64,000 nucleotides of DNA from Oscillospiraceae bacterium (GCA_015064945.1 SVRF01000004.1:1383-65382), one strand, 5' to 3'; numbered from the stretch's first letter, positions 1 through 9,452 are shown. Notes: a model not told the origin generated them from the letters alone. Numbers and translations are program-made.

Positions 1-901
1 ACAGGTACACGGTTTTTGCGTGCCGTGCTATAAGACGTGCCTGTTCCGCCGTTATCGCTGTACCCAAGGTGGCAACGGCGTTACCGAAGCCCGCCTGATG
101 CAAAGCCACGGCATCCATACAACCCTCACACATAATCAGGGTGTCCTCCCCCGAGTTCTTTGCCATATTAAGACCGAACACAAACTTGCTTTTCTTAAAA
201 CCCGGTGTGTCCGAGGTGTTTACGTACTTCCTGTCATCCGCTTCGTTAAGTCTGCGGGCGGAAAAGCCCAGCACGTCTCCGTTTACATCAATAAGCGGAA
301 AGGCTATTCTGTTGCGGAAAATATCGTACAGCCCACCGTTTTTGCCCCTGCGGCAGAGAAAAGCCGCCTCCAGCTCCTCCACGGTAAAGCCCTGTGCCGT
401 CAGATGCTTTGCAAGCATATCCCAGCTATCCGGCGCAAAGCCTATGCCAAAGCGGCGCACCGTAAGACTGCTGAGTGCACGTTTTTCCAAATAATCCCGT
501 GCCGCCTGCCCCATAGGCGCATTAAGGCACTTGTGGAAAAACCTTGCCGCCTCTGTAGTTGCGGCAATAACACGGTCACGGCGTACGCGGCTTACGGGTT
601 TCTCCTCCGTATCCTCCATCTGCAATCCCGCACGGTTTGCAAGATGCTCCACCGCTTCCCTGTATGAAAAGCCGCCCATCGCCATGGTAAAGCTTACCGC
701 ATCGCCGCCTGCACCGCAACCGAAGCAGTAATAACTGCGGGTTTTGGGGAACACCGTAAAGGACGGCGTCTTTTCGTTATGGAAAGGACAAAGCCCTATC
801 ATAACACTGCTTGCACGCTTTAGCGCAACGTATTGGGAAACTATATCCACTATATCGTTTCTGTCTTTTATTTCTTCCAAAAAGCCCGGGGAAAAAGCCA
901 T
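1..901 (-). CDS. dnaG: DNA primase (3' end runs off the window)
   Basis: Manual minus-strand translation from ATG at 901: MAFSPGFLEEIKDRNDIVDIVSQYVALKRASSVMIGLCPFHNEKTPSFTV, the CHC2 zinc-finger of DnaG; follows dgt. Absent from the ORF track because it has no stop in the window. Confidence 0.95.
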   Translation of the reverse strand, partial: MAFSPGFLEEIKDRNDIVDIVSQYVALKRASSVMIGLCPFHNEKTPSFTVFPKTRSYYCFGCGAGGDAVSFTMAMGGFSYREAVEHLANRAGLQMEDTEEKPVSRVRRDRVIAATTEAARFFHKCLNAPMGQAARDYLEKRALSSLTVRRFGIGFAPDSWDMLAKHLTAQGFTVEELEAAFLCRRGKNGGLYDIFRNRIAFPLIDVNGDVLGFSARRLNEADDRKYVNTSDTPGFKKSKFVFGLNMAKNSGEDTLIMCEGCMDAVALHQAGFGNAVATLGTAITAEQARLIARHAKTVYL

Positions 902-921
902 TTACTGCTCCCTTCCGTGCC

Positions 922-1923
922 CTAAACGCTCCATACCTTGGGCACGTATATTTCCTCAAAAGTGGAAATCGCATATCTGTCCGTCATTGCGGCGATATGG
1001 TCACATATACATCTTTCCGCACCGTCCGTTTCTATCATCTGCCTGTTTTCCGGCGGCAACAGCTGCGGATTTTTCTTATAATGCTCAAACAAATACTCTA
1101 TAAGCAGGGCAACCTTACTGTCCTCACTTTTAGCAAGAGGACTGGTATATACCCTGTCAAACATAAACGCCCTAAGCGCCATCATTGCGGACCCATAAGG
1201 CTCCGCCATACTGATATCACCCTCGGTGCCGCCTGCTATAACCGCCGATACCATCGTAGTTATACGCTTGCTGTGGGTATCCCCAAGCAAGTCGCTTAAA
1301 TCCTTGGGAATATCCTCAGGCGTAAGGAGTCCTGCACGGAATGCGTCGTCTATATCGTGGTTTATGTAAGCTATTCGGTCGGCAAACTTTACAAGCTGAC
1401 CTTCCAATGTTGCCGCCTTCATTTTACCGGAATGGTTAAGGATACCGTCCCGAACCTCGGCAGTAAGGTTAAGTCCTGCACCGTCGTTTTCCAGCACGTC
1501 CACCACCCTAAGGCTTTGCTCGTAATGGCGGAAGCCGCCTTCCATAATTTCGTCAAGGGCACGCTCGCCGCTGTGACCGAATGGGGTATGCCCCAAATCG
1601 TGTCCCAGTGCCGCCGCCTCCGTCAGGTCCTCGTTAAGACGCAGGGCACGGGCAAGGGTGCGTGCTATCTGCACCACCTCAAGGGTATGGGTAAGGCGTG
1701 TGCGGTAATGGTCGTCCTTGGGGTCGATAAACACCTGCATTTTATGCATAAGTCTGCGAAAAGACTTGCTGTGAGTTATCCTATCCCTGTCACGCTGGAA
1801 CTCCGTCCTTACAGGGCACGGCTCAGCATATCGAAGTCTGCCTGCGGTATCCGATGTTTTAAACGCCCGCCGACAAAGCTGAGCTTCTTCCATAAGCAAG
1901 GTCATATTTTTAGAATCCAACAC
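922..1923 (-). CDS. dgt: deoxyguanosinetriphosphate triphosphohydrolase (HD-domain dNTPase)
   Basis: RTEFQRDRDRI, FRRL, RTRLTHTLEV and GHDLGHTPFGHSGE motifs; usual position upstream of dnaG. Confidence 0.93.
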   Translation of the reverse strand: MLDSKNMTLLMEEAQLCRRAFKTSDTAGRLRYAEPCPVRTEFQRDRDRITHSKSFRRLMHKMQVFIDPKDDHYRTRLTHTLEVVQIARTLARALRLNEDLTEAAALGHDLGHTPFGHSGERALDEIMEGGFRHYEQSLRVVDVLENDGAGLNLTAEVRDGILNHSGKMKAATLEGQLVKFADRIAYINHDIDDAFRAGLLTPEDIPKDLSDLLGDTHSKRITTMVSAVIAGGTEGDISMAEPYGSAMMALRAFMFDRVYTSPLAKSEDSKVALLIEYLFEHYKKNPQLLPPENRQMIETDGAERCICDHIAAMTDRYAISTFEEIYVPKVWSV

Positions 1924-2058
1924 GACGCACCTGCCTCTTTAAGTCTGATTAAGGGCATAATAACCCTCTACTTTAGATAATATACGCCAAAAAAATAAAT
2001 TCTCCTTTAATTTTTTTAATTTTTTATTATAACTAATGTAAAAAAGCAAAAAAAGCTA

Positions 2059-2087
2059 TTGCCAAAACAGCAGTTTTGTGATAAACT
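2059..2087 (+). promoter_or_regulatory. putative sigA promoter for the DUF5685-pheS-pheT operon
   Basis: TTGCCA-17 nt-TAAACT with TG extension upstream of 2112. Confidence 0.5.
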
Positions 2088-2111
2088 GAAAAGAAAGGTG
2101 GCGAGGAATTT

Positions 2112-2987
2112 TTGTTTGGATATGTAAAACCCCTTACGGCAGAGCTGCTTGTTAAGGAGTATAACCTTTACAAGGCTATATACTGCGGTCTGTGCCGCAC
2201 GGGCGGAAAACGCATATCACGCCTTACACGCCTGTTTTTAAGCTATGACTTTACGGCGCTTGCCGCCCTTAGGATAGCCCTTGAGGGGGCAGAGCCAAAG
2301 CTTTGCAAAAAGCTTTGCCTTTACTCTATGAAAAAGAAGCCTGCCCTTGACTGTGATGGGGTCTTTACCTATACCGCCGCCGCTTTTGCCTGCCTTGGAT
2401 ACTGCAAGACGGAAGATGATATTCTGGATGAAAAGGGCTTCTCACGTTTGAAAAAGCTTGCGGTCCGTCCCCTTTTTAAACGGATGAACAAAAAGGCGGC
2501 AAAGCTTTATCCCGACCTGTACGGAAAAGTAAAGGTACACCTTGCGGAGCTTGCAGTGCTTGAAGGAGACAGCGAGCCCCACACCCTTGACAGCTATGCG
2601 GACGGTGCCGCAAAGGCTTTGGCGGTCATCGCCTCATACGGGCTTAAAGATACCGCTTACGCCATAGCATACGAGGCAGGGTACCACATCGGCAGATACA
2701 TATACATAGTTGACGCTGTTGACGACCTTAAGGCTGACGGCGAAAAAGGGCGGTTCAACCCCCTTGTACGCCATTACGGAAGCTATGAGAACGCAGTGGC
2801 AAATACCGACGAGATCGCACAGACCCTACGTGCAAGCGGCGTTCGTTTTTCTGCGGCGGTGGGCTTGGCGGAGGGCTCGGTCTACACAGATATATTGCAA
2901 AATATTGCACGCTACGGTATGGAAAACACCGTTGGTGATATTTATGATAAATACGCATACACTCGAAAGGAAAGCGAAGAATTATGA
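2112..2987 (+). CDS. DUF5685-like conserved protein
   Basis: MFGYV...Y.A.YCGLC...LSYD N-terminus and G.YIYIVDA.DDL..D...G.FNP motif; TTG start; overlaps pheS by 4 nt (ATGA). Confidence 0.75.
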   Translation: MFGYVKPLTAELLVKEYNLYKAIYCGLCRTGGKRISRLTRLFLSYDFTALAALRIALEGAEPKLCKKLCLYSMKKKPALDCDGVFTYTAAAFACLGYCKTEDDILDEKGFSRLKKLAVRPLFKRMNKKAAKLYPDLYGKVKVHLAELAVLEGDSEPHTLDSYADGAAKALAVIASYGLKDTAYAIAYEAGYHIGRYIYIVDAVDDLKADGEKGRFNPLVRHYGSYENAVANTDEIAQTLRASGVRFSAAVGLAEGSVYTDILQNIARYGMENTVGDIYDKYAYTRKESEEL

Positions 2988-4003
2988 AGAAACAGCTTGA
3001 GGAGATACTTACAAAAGCTTTGTCCGAGGTGGACACAGCGGCAGATGAACCTACCCTTAAAGCGGCACAGGTTGCATATCTGGGCAAAAAGGGTGCGCTT
3101 ACCGCCATTCTCAGAGGTATGGGCGGTTTAAGCCCCGAAGAAAGACCTGTTATAGGTGCACTTGCAAACGAGGTGCGCACACAAATAGAAACCGCTATTG
3201 ACGCAAAGCTTGGCGAGATAAAGGCAAAAGAGCTTGAGGCACGTCTGGCAAAAGAAAAGGTAGACGTTACCCTGCCTGCCAACAGCAAAAAGCCCGGCAG
3301 ACTTCATCCCCTTTCTCAGGTGGAAAAGGACTTGTCCGATATATTCGTAGGTATGGGCTTTACCATTGCGGAAGGTCCCGAGGTTGAGCTGGCGTACAAC
3401 AACTTTGACGCACTCAACGCTCCCGCAGACCACCCCTCCAGAGATTTTCAGGATACGTTCTACATCTCTCCCGAAGTGCTTTTGCGTACACAGACCTCTC
3501 CTGTACAGATAAGAGCGATGCAGGGCAAACAGCCCCCTATACGCATTATCTCCCCGGGCAGAGTTTACCGTTGTGACGAAGTTGACGGTACTCACTCTCC
3601 TATGTTCCACCAGCTTGAAGGTCTTGTTGTGGGCAAGGACATAAGCCTTGGCGACCTTAAGGGCACTCTTGAACAGTTTGCGAAGATTTATTTCGGCGAA
3701 GAGACCCGTACCCGTTTCCGTCCCCACAATTTCCCCTTTACCGAGCCCTCTGCAGAGGTAGACGTTAGTTGCTTTGTATGCGGCGGCAAGGGTTGCCGTT
3801 TGTGCAAGGGCGAAGGTTGGATCGAAATTTTGGGCGCAGGTATGGTACACCCTCACGTGCTTGAAAACTGCGGCATTGACCCTGAGGTTTACAGCGGCTT
3901 TGCATTCGGCGTTGGTCTTGAACGTGTTGTTATGATAAAATACGGCATTGACGATATGCGCCATCTTTACGAAAACGATTTGCGCTTCCTGTCGCAGTTT
4001 TAA
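2984..4003 (+). CDS. pheS: phenylalanine--tRNA ligase alpha subunit
   Basis: NFDALNAPADHPSRD, LLRTQTSPVQIR, FRPHNFPFTEPS and GFAFGVGLER motifs. Confidence 0.98.
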   Translation: MKKQLEEILTKALSEVDTAADEPTLKAAQVAYLGKKGALTAILRGMGGLSPEERPVIGALANEVRTQIETAIDAKLGEIKAKELEARLAKEKVDVTLPANSKKPGRLHPLSQVEKDLSDIFVGMGFTIAEGPEVELAYNNFDALNAPADHPSRDFQDTFYISPEVLLRTQTSPVQIRAMQGKQPPIRIISPGRVYRCDEVDGTHSPMFHQLEGLVVGKDISLGDLKGTLEQFAKIYFGEETRTRFRPHNFPFTEPSAEVDVSCFVCGGKGCRLCKGEGWIEILGAGMVHPHVLENCGIDPEVYSGFAFGVGLERVVMIKYGIDDMRHLYENDLRFLSQF

Positions 4004-4018
4004 GGGGAGGTTAGGATT

Positions 4019-6397
4019 ATGAAGGTTTCACTTAATTGGATAAAGGATTACGTAGATATAGGGATCAGTGCAAAAGAATTAGCTGATATTATGACCTATA
4101 CGGGCACAAAGGCTGAAAGCTGGGAGACTTTGCCCGAGAATTTGCAGAACATTGTTGTGGGCACCGTGCTTTCCACCGAAAAGCACCCTGATGCGGACAG
4201 ACTTACCGTGTGCCAAATTGATGTAGGTGCAGAAAATCCCGTGCAGATAATTACCGCCGCTACCAACGTAACGGCAGGTGTTAAGGTTCCCGTTTGTCTT
4301 GACGGTGCAATACTGTTTGACGGCACAAAGATCAAGAAGGGCAAGCTTAGAGGGCTCCCCTCCGAGGGTATGCTTTGCTCTATACACGAGCTTGGTCTTA
4401 CCCTTAACGACTTCCCCTATGCGGAAGATGACGGTATATTCCTTATTCAAGAGGAATGCTTTAACGGGCAGGATATCCGCGACGCGCTTAATATGCGTGA
4501 CGAGGTTATTGACTTTGAGCTTACCTTTAACCGTCCCGATTGTCTGGGCTTTATAGGCATTGCAAGGGAAGCAGCGGCTTCCATAGGCAAGCCCTTCAAG
4601 CTTAATGCACCCAAATACAACAGCTCCCCTGCCGCAGGCAAGGTTGAGGACTATATAAGCGTTGAAGTGCGCAACACCAAGCTTTGCCCCCGTTATTCTG
4701 CGGCGGTTGTTACCAACGTTAAGATAGAGCCCAGCCCTCTTTGGCTTAGAGCAAGACTTAAGGCGGCAGGCGTTCGTCCCATAAACAATATCGTTGATAT
4801 CACCAACTACGTAATGCTTGAGTACGGTCAGCCCATGCACGCATTCGACTACAACTATATAACCTCCAAGAAGATAGTTGTACGTAACGCCGCTGAGGGC
4901 GAATGCATTACCACTCTTGACGGTAACGAGCATACGCTTACCGAAAATATGCTTTGCATAGCTGACGGCGAAAAGCCCGTTGCACTTGCAGGCGTTATGG
5001 GCGGTCTTAACAGCGAAATTCTTGACAGCACCGCTACCGTAGTATTTGAGTCTGCAAACTTTGACCGTGCAAGCATCCGCCACACTTCCAGAGACTGCGG
5101 TCTCAGAACCGAAAGCAGCGGTAAGTTTGAGAAGGGGCTTCCCATCTGCAACACCGTACCTGCCCTTGAAAGAGCCCTTGAGCTTGTTGCAATGCTTGGT
5201 TGCGGTGAGATTGCTGAGGGTATAATAGATATATGCAACGCAGATATAGCACCCCGAAAGATTCCCTTTGACTACAAGCGCGTTAACGCGTTGCTCGGCA
5301 TAGACCTCAGCCGCGACGAAATGGCTGATATGCTGAAACCCCTTGAAATGTTTGTTGAAGGTGATGAGCTGGTTGTTCCTCCTTACAGAATGGATATGGA
5401 ACGCACAGCGGATATAGCAGAAGAGGTTGCAAGACTTTACGGCTACAACAAGATACCCTCCACTCTGTTTAAGGGCGAGGTTACAGTAGGCGCATACAGC
5501 AAGAGCCAAAAGTTTATAGCAGACCTTAAGGCGGCGGCTGTTGCCAACGGCTTCTATGAAATAGCAACCTATTCTTTCATCTCCCCCAAGGCTTATGACA
5601 GGATAGGTATGGCGGCGGACGACGCACGCAGAAACAGTATTAAGCTTATCAACCCTCTCGGCGAGGATACATCCGTAATGCGTACTGTTGCCCTTCCCTC
5701 TATGCTGGATGTGGTTGCATATAACCGCAACCGCAAGGCAGAGGTTATAGGTTTGTTTGAGTGCGCTACTGTTTACTACCCCACCGAGGACGGTATGTCC
5801 GACGAGCGCAAGGAGTTCGTTATTGCCATGGATGGCAAGGGCGACTTTTATGACCTTAAGGGCTATGTAGAGGCATTCCTTGACGGCGTTAACGTTAAGG
5901 CGTACAAGGTCGTTTCCGGCGAAGAAGCAGGCTTCCACCCAGGGATCTGTGCAAAGCTTTGCAAGGGCGACAAGGTTTTAGGCGTAATGGGACAGATACA
6001 CCCTGCCGTTGCGGCTGAATACGGACTTAGCAAGAGCACCTATGCGGCAGTACTGTACGTTAACGAGCTTCTTGAAATTGCCGACAACAGCAAGCAGTTT
6101 AAGAAGCTGCCCGCATTCCCTGCCCTCACCCGTGACTTGGCGCTCGTTATGGACGACGGAGTTGAAGCAGGTGCTGTTGAAGATATGATAAGAAAGTCTG
6201 CCGGCAAAGCACTTGAAAGCATAAAGGTATTTGACGTTTATAAAGGCGTAGGCGTTGCCGAGGGCAAAAAGAGCGTGGCGTTCAGTCTTGTATTCCGCTT
6301 GGCTGACAAGACTATGAACGATGCCGATGCAGACAAAGCCGTAGCCAATATACTTCGCAGACTAGAGGCAGAGGCAGGCATTACCCTGCGTTCCTAA
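4019..6397 (+). CDS. pheT: phenylalanine--tRNA ligase beta subunit
   Basis: KHPDADRL, NRPDCLG, RPINNIVDITNYVMLEYGQPMHAFD, DIAEEVARLYGY and C-terminal FDX-ACB domain. Confidence 0.98.
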   Translation: MKVSLNWIKDYVDIGISAKELADIMTYTGTKAESWETLPENLQNIVVGTVLSTEKHPDADRLTVCQIDVGAENPVQIITAATNVTAGVKVPVCLDGAILFDGTKIKKGKLRGLPSEGMLCSIHELGLTLNDFPYAEDDGIFLIQEECFNGQDIRDALNMRDEVIDFELTFNRPDCLGFIGIAREAAASIGKPFKLNAPKYNSSPAAGKVEDYISVEVRNTKLCPRYSAAVVTNVKIEPSPLWLRARLKAAGVRPINNIVDITNYVMLEYGQPMHAFDYNYITSKKIVVRNAAEGECITTLDGNEHTLTENMLCIADGEKPVALAGVMGGLNSEILDSTATVVFESANFDRASIRHTSRDCGLRTESSGKFEKGLPICNTVPALERALELVAMLGCGEIAEGIIDICNADIAPRKIPFDYKRVNALLGIDLSRDEMADMLKPLEMFVEGDELVVPPYRMDMERTADIAEEVARLYGYNKIPSTLFKGEVTVGAYSKSQKFIADLKAAAVANGFYEIATYSFISPKAYDRIGMAADDARRNSIKLINPLGEDTSVMRTVALPSMLDVVAYNRNRKAEVIGLFECATVYYPTEDGMSDERKEFVIAMDGKGDFYDLKGYVEAFLDGVNVKAYKVVSGEEAGFHPGICAKLCKGDKVLGVMGQIHPAVAAEYGLSKSTYAAVLYVNELLEIADNSKQFKKLPAFPALTRDLALVMDDGVEAGAVEDMIRKSAGKALESIKVFDVYKGVGVAEGKKSVAFSLVFRLADKTMNDADADKAVANILRRLEAEAGITLRS

Positions 6398-6430
6398 GGA
6401 CACATTGCCACCGATTAAGGAGAGTAAGTT

Positions 6431-6694
6431 ATGAACAAAATGAAGCAACCCGACCAAAAGACCCAACAGTTTAATATCTGCAATGAAAAAAATGCAGAAA
6501 TGCGTAAAATGCTTACCGAGGTGTATGACGCACTTAAGGAGAAGGGTTATAACCCCATCAACCAAATAGTTGGCTATATTTTGTCGGAAGACCCTACCTA
6601 CATCACAAGCTACAACAATGCTCGTTCCATTATAAGCAAGATGGACAGGTATGAACTGATGCGTGTTCTTGTTCAGGACTTCCTTCGTGTATAG
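6431..6694 (+). CDS. IreB/ReoM family (UPF0297) regulatory phosphoprotein
   Basis: [35 protein letters not shown] signature. Confidence 0.9.
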   Translation: MNKMKQPDQKTQQFNICNEKNAEMRKMLTEVYDALKEKGYNPINQIVGYILSEDPTYITSYNNARSIISKMDRYELMRVLVQDFLRV

Positions 6695-6719
6695 ACAAGC
6701 AAGTTAAGGAGAGATAATT

Positions 6720-7001
6720 ATGGAAAACGTATTAACCTACAAGGGTAAGCCTTTGGTTCGTCAGGGCAACTTTTTGTTCTACGGCCTGCCCACAGATAAA
6801 TATATTCTGTTTATGAATATATTAGAGTCTAAGAAAAGCGGAGATTTGGATATAGCAACAAAGGTGCTTGTGCAGATCCAAAGCACTTCCGATACCGCAT
6901 CCTTTAACGAAAAGGTTGTTAAACAGTGTGAAAAAAGCTCGTTCTTCGACGCTTTTGAAATCGGGATGATTTGGCTGGAAAGAGAGTTAAAGAAGGCATA
7001 A
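6720..7001 (+). CDS. conserved hypothetical protein (93 aa)
   Basis: AAGGAG RBS; LTYKGKPLVR start typical of a small clostridial protein; function unknown. Confidence 0.75.
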   Translation: MENVLTYKGKPLVRQGNFLFYGLPTDKYILFMNILESKKSGDLDIATKVLVQIQSTSDTASFNEKVVKQCEKSSFFDAFEIGMIWLERELKKA

Positions 7002-7354
7002 TGCCTTCCCCACTACTCTCTTCGTTCGCAGCGGGGACCCCGAAATTAATTAACACCTTTTCCGTTCGCTCGCGCTTTCGCGCTGCTTCGCAGCACTCAC
7101 GGAAACTATTGTGCATTTTCTGCGGCACTTGTCCGCAGAAAATGCTTTTATTTTTCTATAGTGTAAAAAAAGCTCGTTCTTCGACGCTTTTGAAATCGGG
7201 ATGATTTGGCCGGAAAGAGAGTTAAAGAAGGCATAATACCTTCCCCACTACTCTCTTCGTTCGCAGCGGGGACCCCGAAATTAATTAACACCTTTTCCGT
7301 TCGCTCGCGCTTTCGCGCTGCTTCGCAGCACTCACGGAAACTATTGTGCATTTT
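6925..7354. repeat. direct repeat, two ~195-bp copies (6925-7119, 7160-7354), period 235 bp
   Basis: Near-identical copies with 3 visible substitutions; each holds the last ~75 nt of ORF 6720-7001 plus a ~120-nt GC-rich element. Confidence 0.95.
7113..7155 (+). terminator. intrinsic terminator-like hairpin
   Basis: Perfect 13-bp stem GCATTTTCTGCGG/CCGCAGAAAATGC, 7-nt loop, T-rich tail. Confidence 0.65.
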
Positions 7355-7364
7355 TTAGACACAT

Positions 7365-7395
7365 AAAAATCCGCCCGAAAACGGGCGGATTTTTT
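7365..7395. terminator. bidirectional intrinsic terminator
   Basis: AAAAATCCGCCCG-aaaa-CGGGCGGATTTTT between convergent transcription units. Confidence 0.85.
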
Positions 7396-7474
7396 ACTTT
7401 GATTTTTTAACCTTAAAAACCTTTCTGAGTATCGGCTTTAGTATAGCAGGCGATTTGAAAACATAGACCTTTAT
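7394..7474 (-). CDS. spoVM: stage V sporulation protein M-like 26-aa amphipathic peptide (apparent ATA start)
   Basis: Manual translation (I/M)KVYVFKSPAILKPILRKVFKVKKSK*: 26 aa with Pro9, like SpoVM; AGGAGG 8 nt upstream of ATA. Not in the ORF track. Confidence 0.75.
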   Translation of the reverse strand: MKVYVFKSPAILKPILRKVFKVKKSK

Positions 7475-7487
7475 AACAAACACCTCC

Positions 7488-7634
7488 TTATCGACAGACA
7501 GCAAATACGCCCAAACTTAAAATAGCTACGCCCTGCACACAAACTAAAACTCCGTAGGGTAACAGACAAGTAAGTATCACCCCGACTCCGAAGGCGCAGG
7601 CGCAGGCGGCACACAGTCGGTTTCTTACACACAT
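7488..7634 (-). CDS. small hydrophobic Cys-rich membrane protein (48 aa) upstream of spoVM
   Basis: GGAGGG RBS 7 nt before ATG; MCVRNRLCAACACAFGVGVILTCLLPYGVLVCVQGVAILSLGVFAVCR*; its TAA overlaps the TAAGGAGG RBS of spoVM. Confidence 0.7.
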   Translation of the reverse strand: MCVRNRLCAACACAFGVGVILTCLLPYGVLVCVQGVAILSLGVFAVCR

Positions 7635-7685
7635 ACGGCTTCCCTCCATATTTTATAATACGCAAAGGCTTGTTTTTTGTTAAAA

Positions 7686-7715
7686 GGTATTTGTGCGTCC
7701 GAGAGCGCATAGAAT
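7686..7715 (+). promoter_or_regulatory. putative sigmaE (mother-cell) promoter
   Basis: GGTATTT-15 nt-CATAGAAT resembles the sigE -10 CATAcaaT, upstream of a spore coat gene. Confidence 0.4.
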
Positions 7716-7747
7716 TTAATAAAAAACACAAAAAGGAGAAGTCAATT

Positions 7748-9274
7748 ATGAAAGCGGAAATCGCAACAATACAGCTACCACGCACTATTTTGGAAACAGG
7801 CGCAGACAAGGATATTGAACTTGAATGCAATTTGGCCGACTACCTACCCGGGATAAACAGAGTTATACGCACCGAAGCAAATGTTATACCTGAGGAAACC
7901 ACTATAAACGGAAGCAAAGCCGAGGTTAAAGGTAAAGCCGTATTCTCTTTACTTTACGAATCCGATTATAAGGCGAAGCTTAAAAACGAAAAGTACACCG
8001 CCGATTTTATACAGCGCTTTGACGTGGGAGATTTGCCAAAGGGTGAATGCTTTGCAAGTTCAAGTTGCAGATGCAATTACGTAAGTTGTAAAACTCTTAA
8101 TCCGCGGCGTTTTGTTCTTAAATGCAGGGCAGACATTCACCTGGATATAAAGGCTATGCAAAGTACCGCGGTTGTTTCTATGGAGGACTGCAAAGGAGCG
8201 TTTTTTAAATCCGAAAAGCATCACTTCAATCGATGTGCACCGCAAATACGTAAAGATTTCAGTCTTGAGGAAAGCTTTTCTTTAGAAGGGCAAGAGCCCA
8301 TAGCCGAAATAATTTGCGCCACACTGCGATTTATGCCGTCGGAGGTAAGTGTTTCCGACTGCAGTGCGGCAATTCGAAGCAATGGAATTTTCAAGTGTCT
8401 GTATGAGGCTGAAAACGGAGATATAAAGCTTATAGAACGCAATTTTCCCGCAAACGTTACGGTAGACGACGAAACCGTTTACGAAGGCTGTGAATGCGGG
8501 GCTGAAATGATATGCGGTAGCTGTGAGGTTATAAAGGAGCAGGACAATTACGGTGAATACCGCATAATTGTTATGAACTGTAACGCAACAGCTTGCCTAA
8601 GTATTTATGAAAGAAGCGATATCAAAGTACCTACCGATATGTATTACGAGGAATACGAGTGCGCCGCTAAAAGCGAAAGCCTTGGTTTTGAAGAATTAGA
8701 ATTATTACCAAGACACAAATTTGGCATAGAAAAGCATTTAGAACCGCAAGAACTGCCTTTTACGGAATGCGTAGATACGGACGGAGTATTATATGTAACA
8801 GAGGCGGTAGCAGGAGAAAGCGGCATAAAAATAAAGGGTAAATTGTTGCTTAACGTGCTGGGAAAAGGCGAAAACGGATTTTATACCCAAGATTTCAGCG
8901 TACCTTTTGAGGAAGAGCTGCCCCTTGGCAGCTTTGGATGTAACTGTAAAATCAAGGCAAATGCAATACTTTGCAGTGTTAACACAGAGCTTTCCGAAAG
9001 CGGTGTAATGAAGCTTAAGGCAACGGGCGAGCTTTGTTGTACCGCCCACAAAAAGAGTGTGTTATATGCAATTACTGACGCAGAGGTATGCAAACGGGAA
9101 GACGCAGATGATAACCGCAAACCTGTAATCATATATTATCCCGACCCGGGTGAAACTGCGTGGGAGATAGGAAAAAGGTATCACACAAACCCCCAAAGTG
9201 TTATGGATAACAACCTTGATGTATTCGATAAGGATGGAGTGATAACCAAAGAACACAGCGTTCTGTTTATGTAG
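7748..9274 (+). CDS. SPOCS (DUF3794) + C-terminal LysM spore-coat morphogenetic protein (SipL-like)
   Basis: LADYLPGINRVI SPOCS-type start, repeated beta-rich units, C-terminal IIYYPDPGETAWEIGKRY LysM; ATG at 7748 with AAGGAG RBS, preferred over the ORF-track start. Confidence 0.75.
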   Translation: MKAEIATIQLPRTILETGADKDIELECNLADYLPGINRVIRTEANVIPEETTINGSKAEVKGKAVFSLLYESDYKAKLKNEKYTADFIQRFDVGDLPKGECFASSSCRCNYVSCKTLNPRRFVLKCRADIHLDIKAMQSTAVVSMEDCKGAFFKSEKHHFNRCAPQIRKDFSLEESFSLEGQEPIAEIICATLRFMPSEVSVSDCSAAIRSNGIFKCLYEAENGDIKLIERNFPANVTVDDETVYEGCECGAEMICGSCEVIKEQDNYGEYRIIVMNCNATACLSIYERSDIKVPTDMYYEEYECAAKSESLGFEELELLPRHKFGIEKHLEPQELPFTECVDTDGVLYVTEAVAGESGIKIKGKLLLNVLGKGENGFYTQDFSVPFEEELPLGSFGCNCKIKANAILCSVNTELSESGVMKLKATGELCCTAHKKSVLYAITDAEVCKREDADDNRKPVIIYYPDPGETAWEIGKRYHTNPQSVMDNNLDVFDKDGVITKEHSVLFM

Positions 9275-9346
9275 CCGTATTAAATCCCCCATTATTGTGT
9301 TAAATTATCACTCCGTACGGCAAAAACGTTTTAGAAATGCATATGA

Positions 9347-9376
9347 AAACGCCTTGCAGATGACTGCAAGGCGTTT
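9347..9376. terminator. intrinsic terminator between convergent genes
   Basis: AAACGCCTTGCAG-atga-CTGCAAGGCGTTT. Confidence 0.8.
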
Positions 9377-9452
9377 CGATTACTTATCCGTTATGCTGCG
9401 GCGGGGGGTTGTGCCGCATTACATAGTTTAATAAATAATTAAGTGTTTAAGC

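Noticed and set aside
20-1299. Plus-strand ORFs 20-667, 141-494, 744-1103 and 811-1299
   Set aside because: Antisense shadows of dnaG and dgt; no RBS or motifs.
922-1923. dGTPase (and the WYL and RecD2 genes) as an anti-phage island
   Set aside because: dgt is in its housekeeping dgt-dnaG context; the genes are far apart with no defence or mobility genes.
4079-5938. 619-aa minus-strand ORF, and similar long antisense ORFs at 20540-22066, 25087-26436, 26944-28254, 28889-30355, 40604-41788 and 59951-61114
   Set aside because: Each lies opposite a well-supported gene and is explained by codon bias; no recognisable domains.
6919-7351. Duplicated small ORFs MHNSFRECCEAARKRERTEKV...
   Set aside because: By-products of the 235-bp repeat; no RBS.
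7670-7747. ORF-track upstream starts (also 10830, 33594, 40001, 47160, 61192, 62288)
   Set aside because: Downstream ATGs have a better RBS or signal-peptide start, and several extensions overlap promoter elements.
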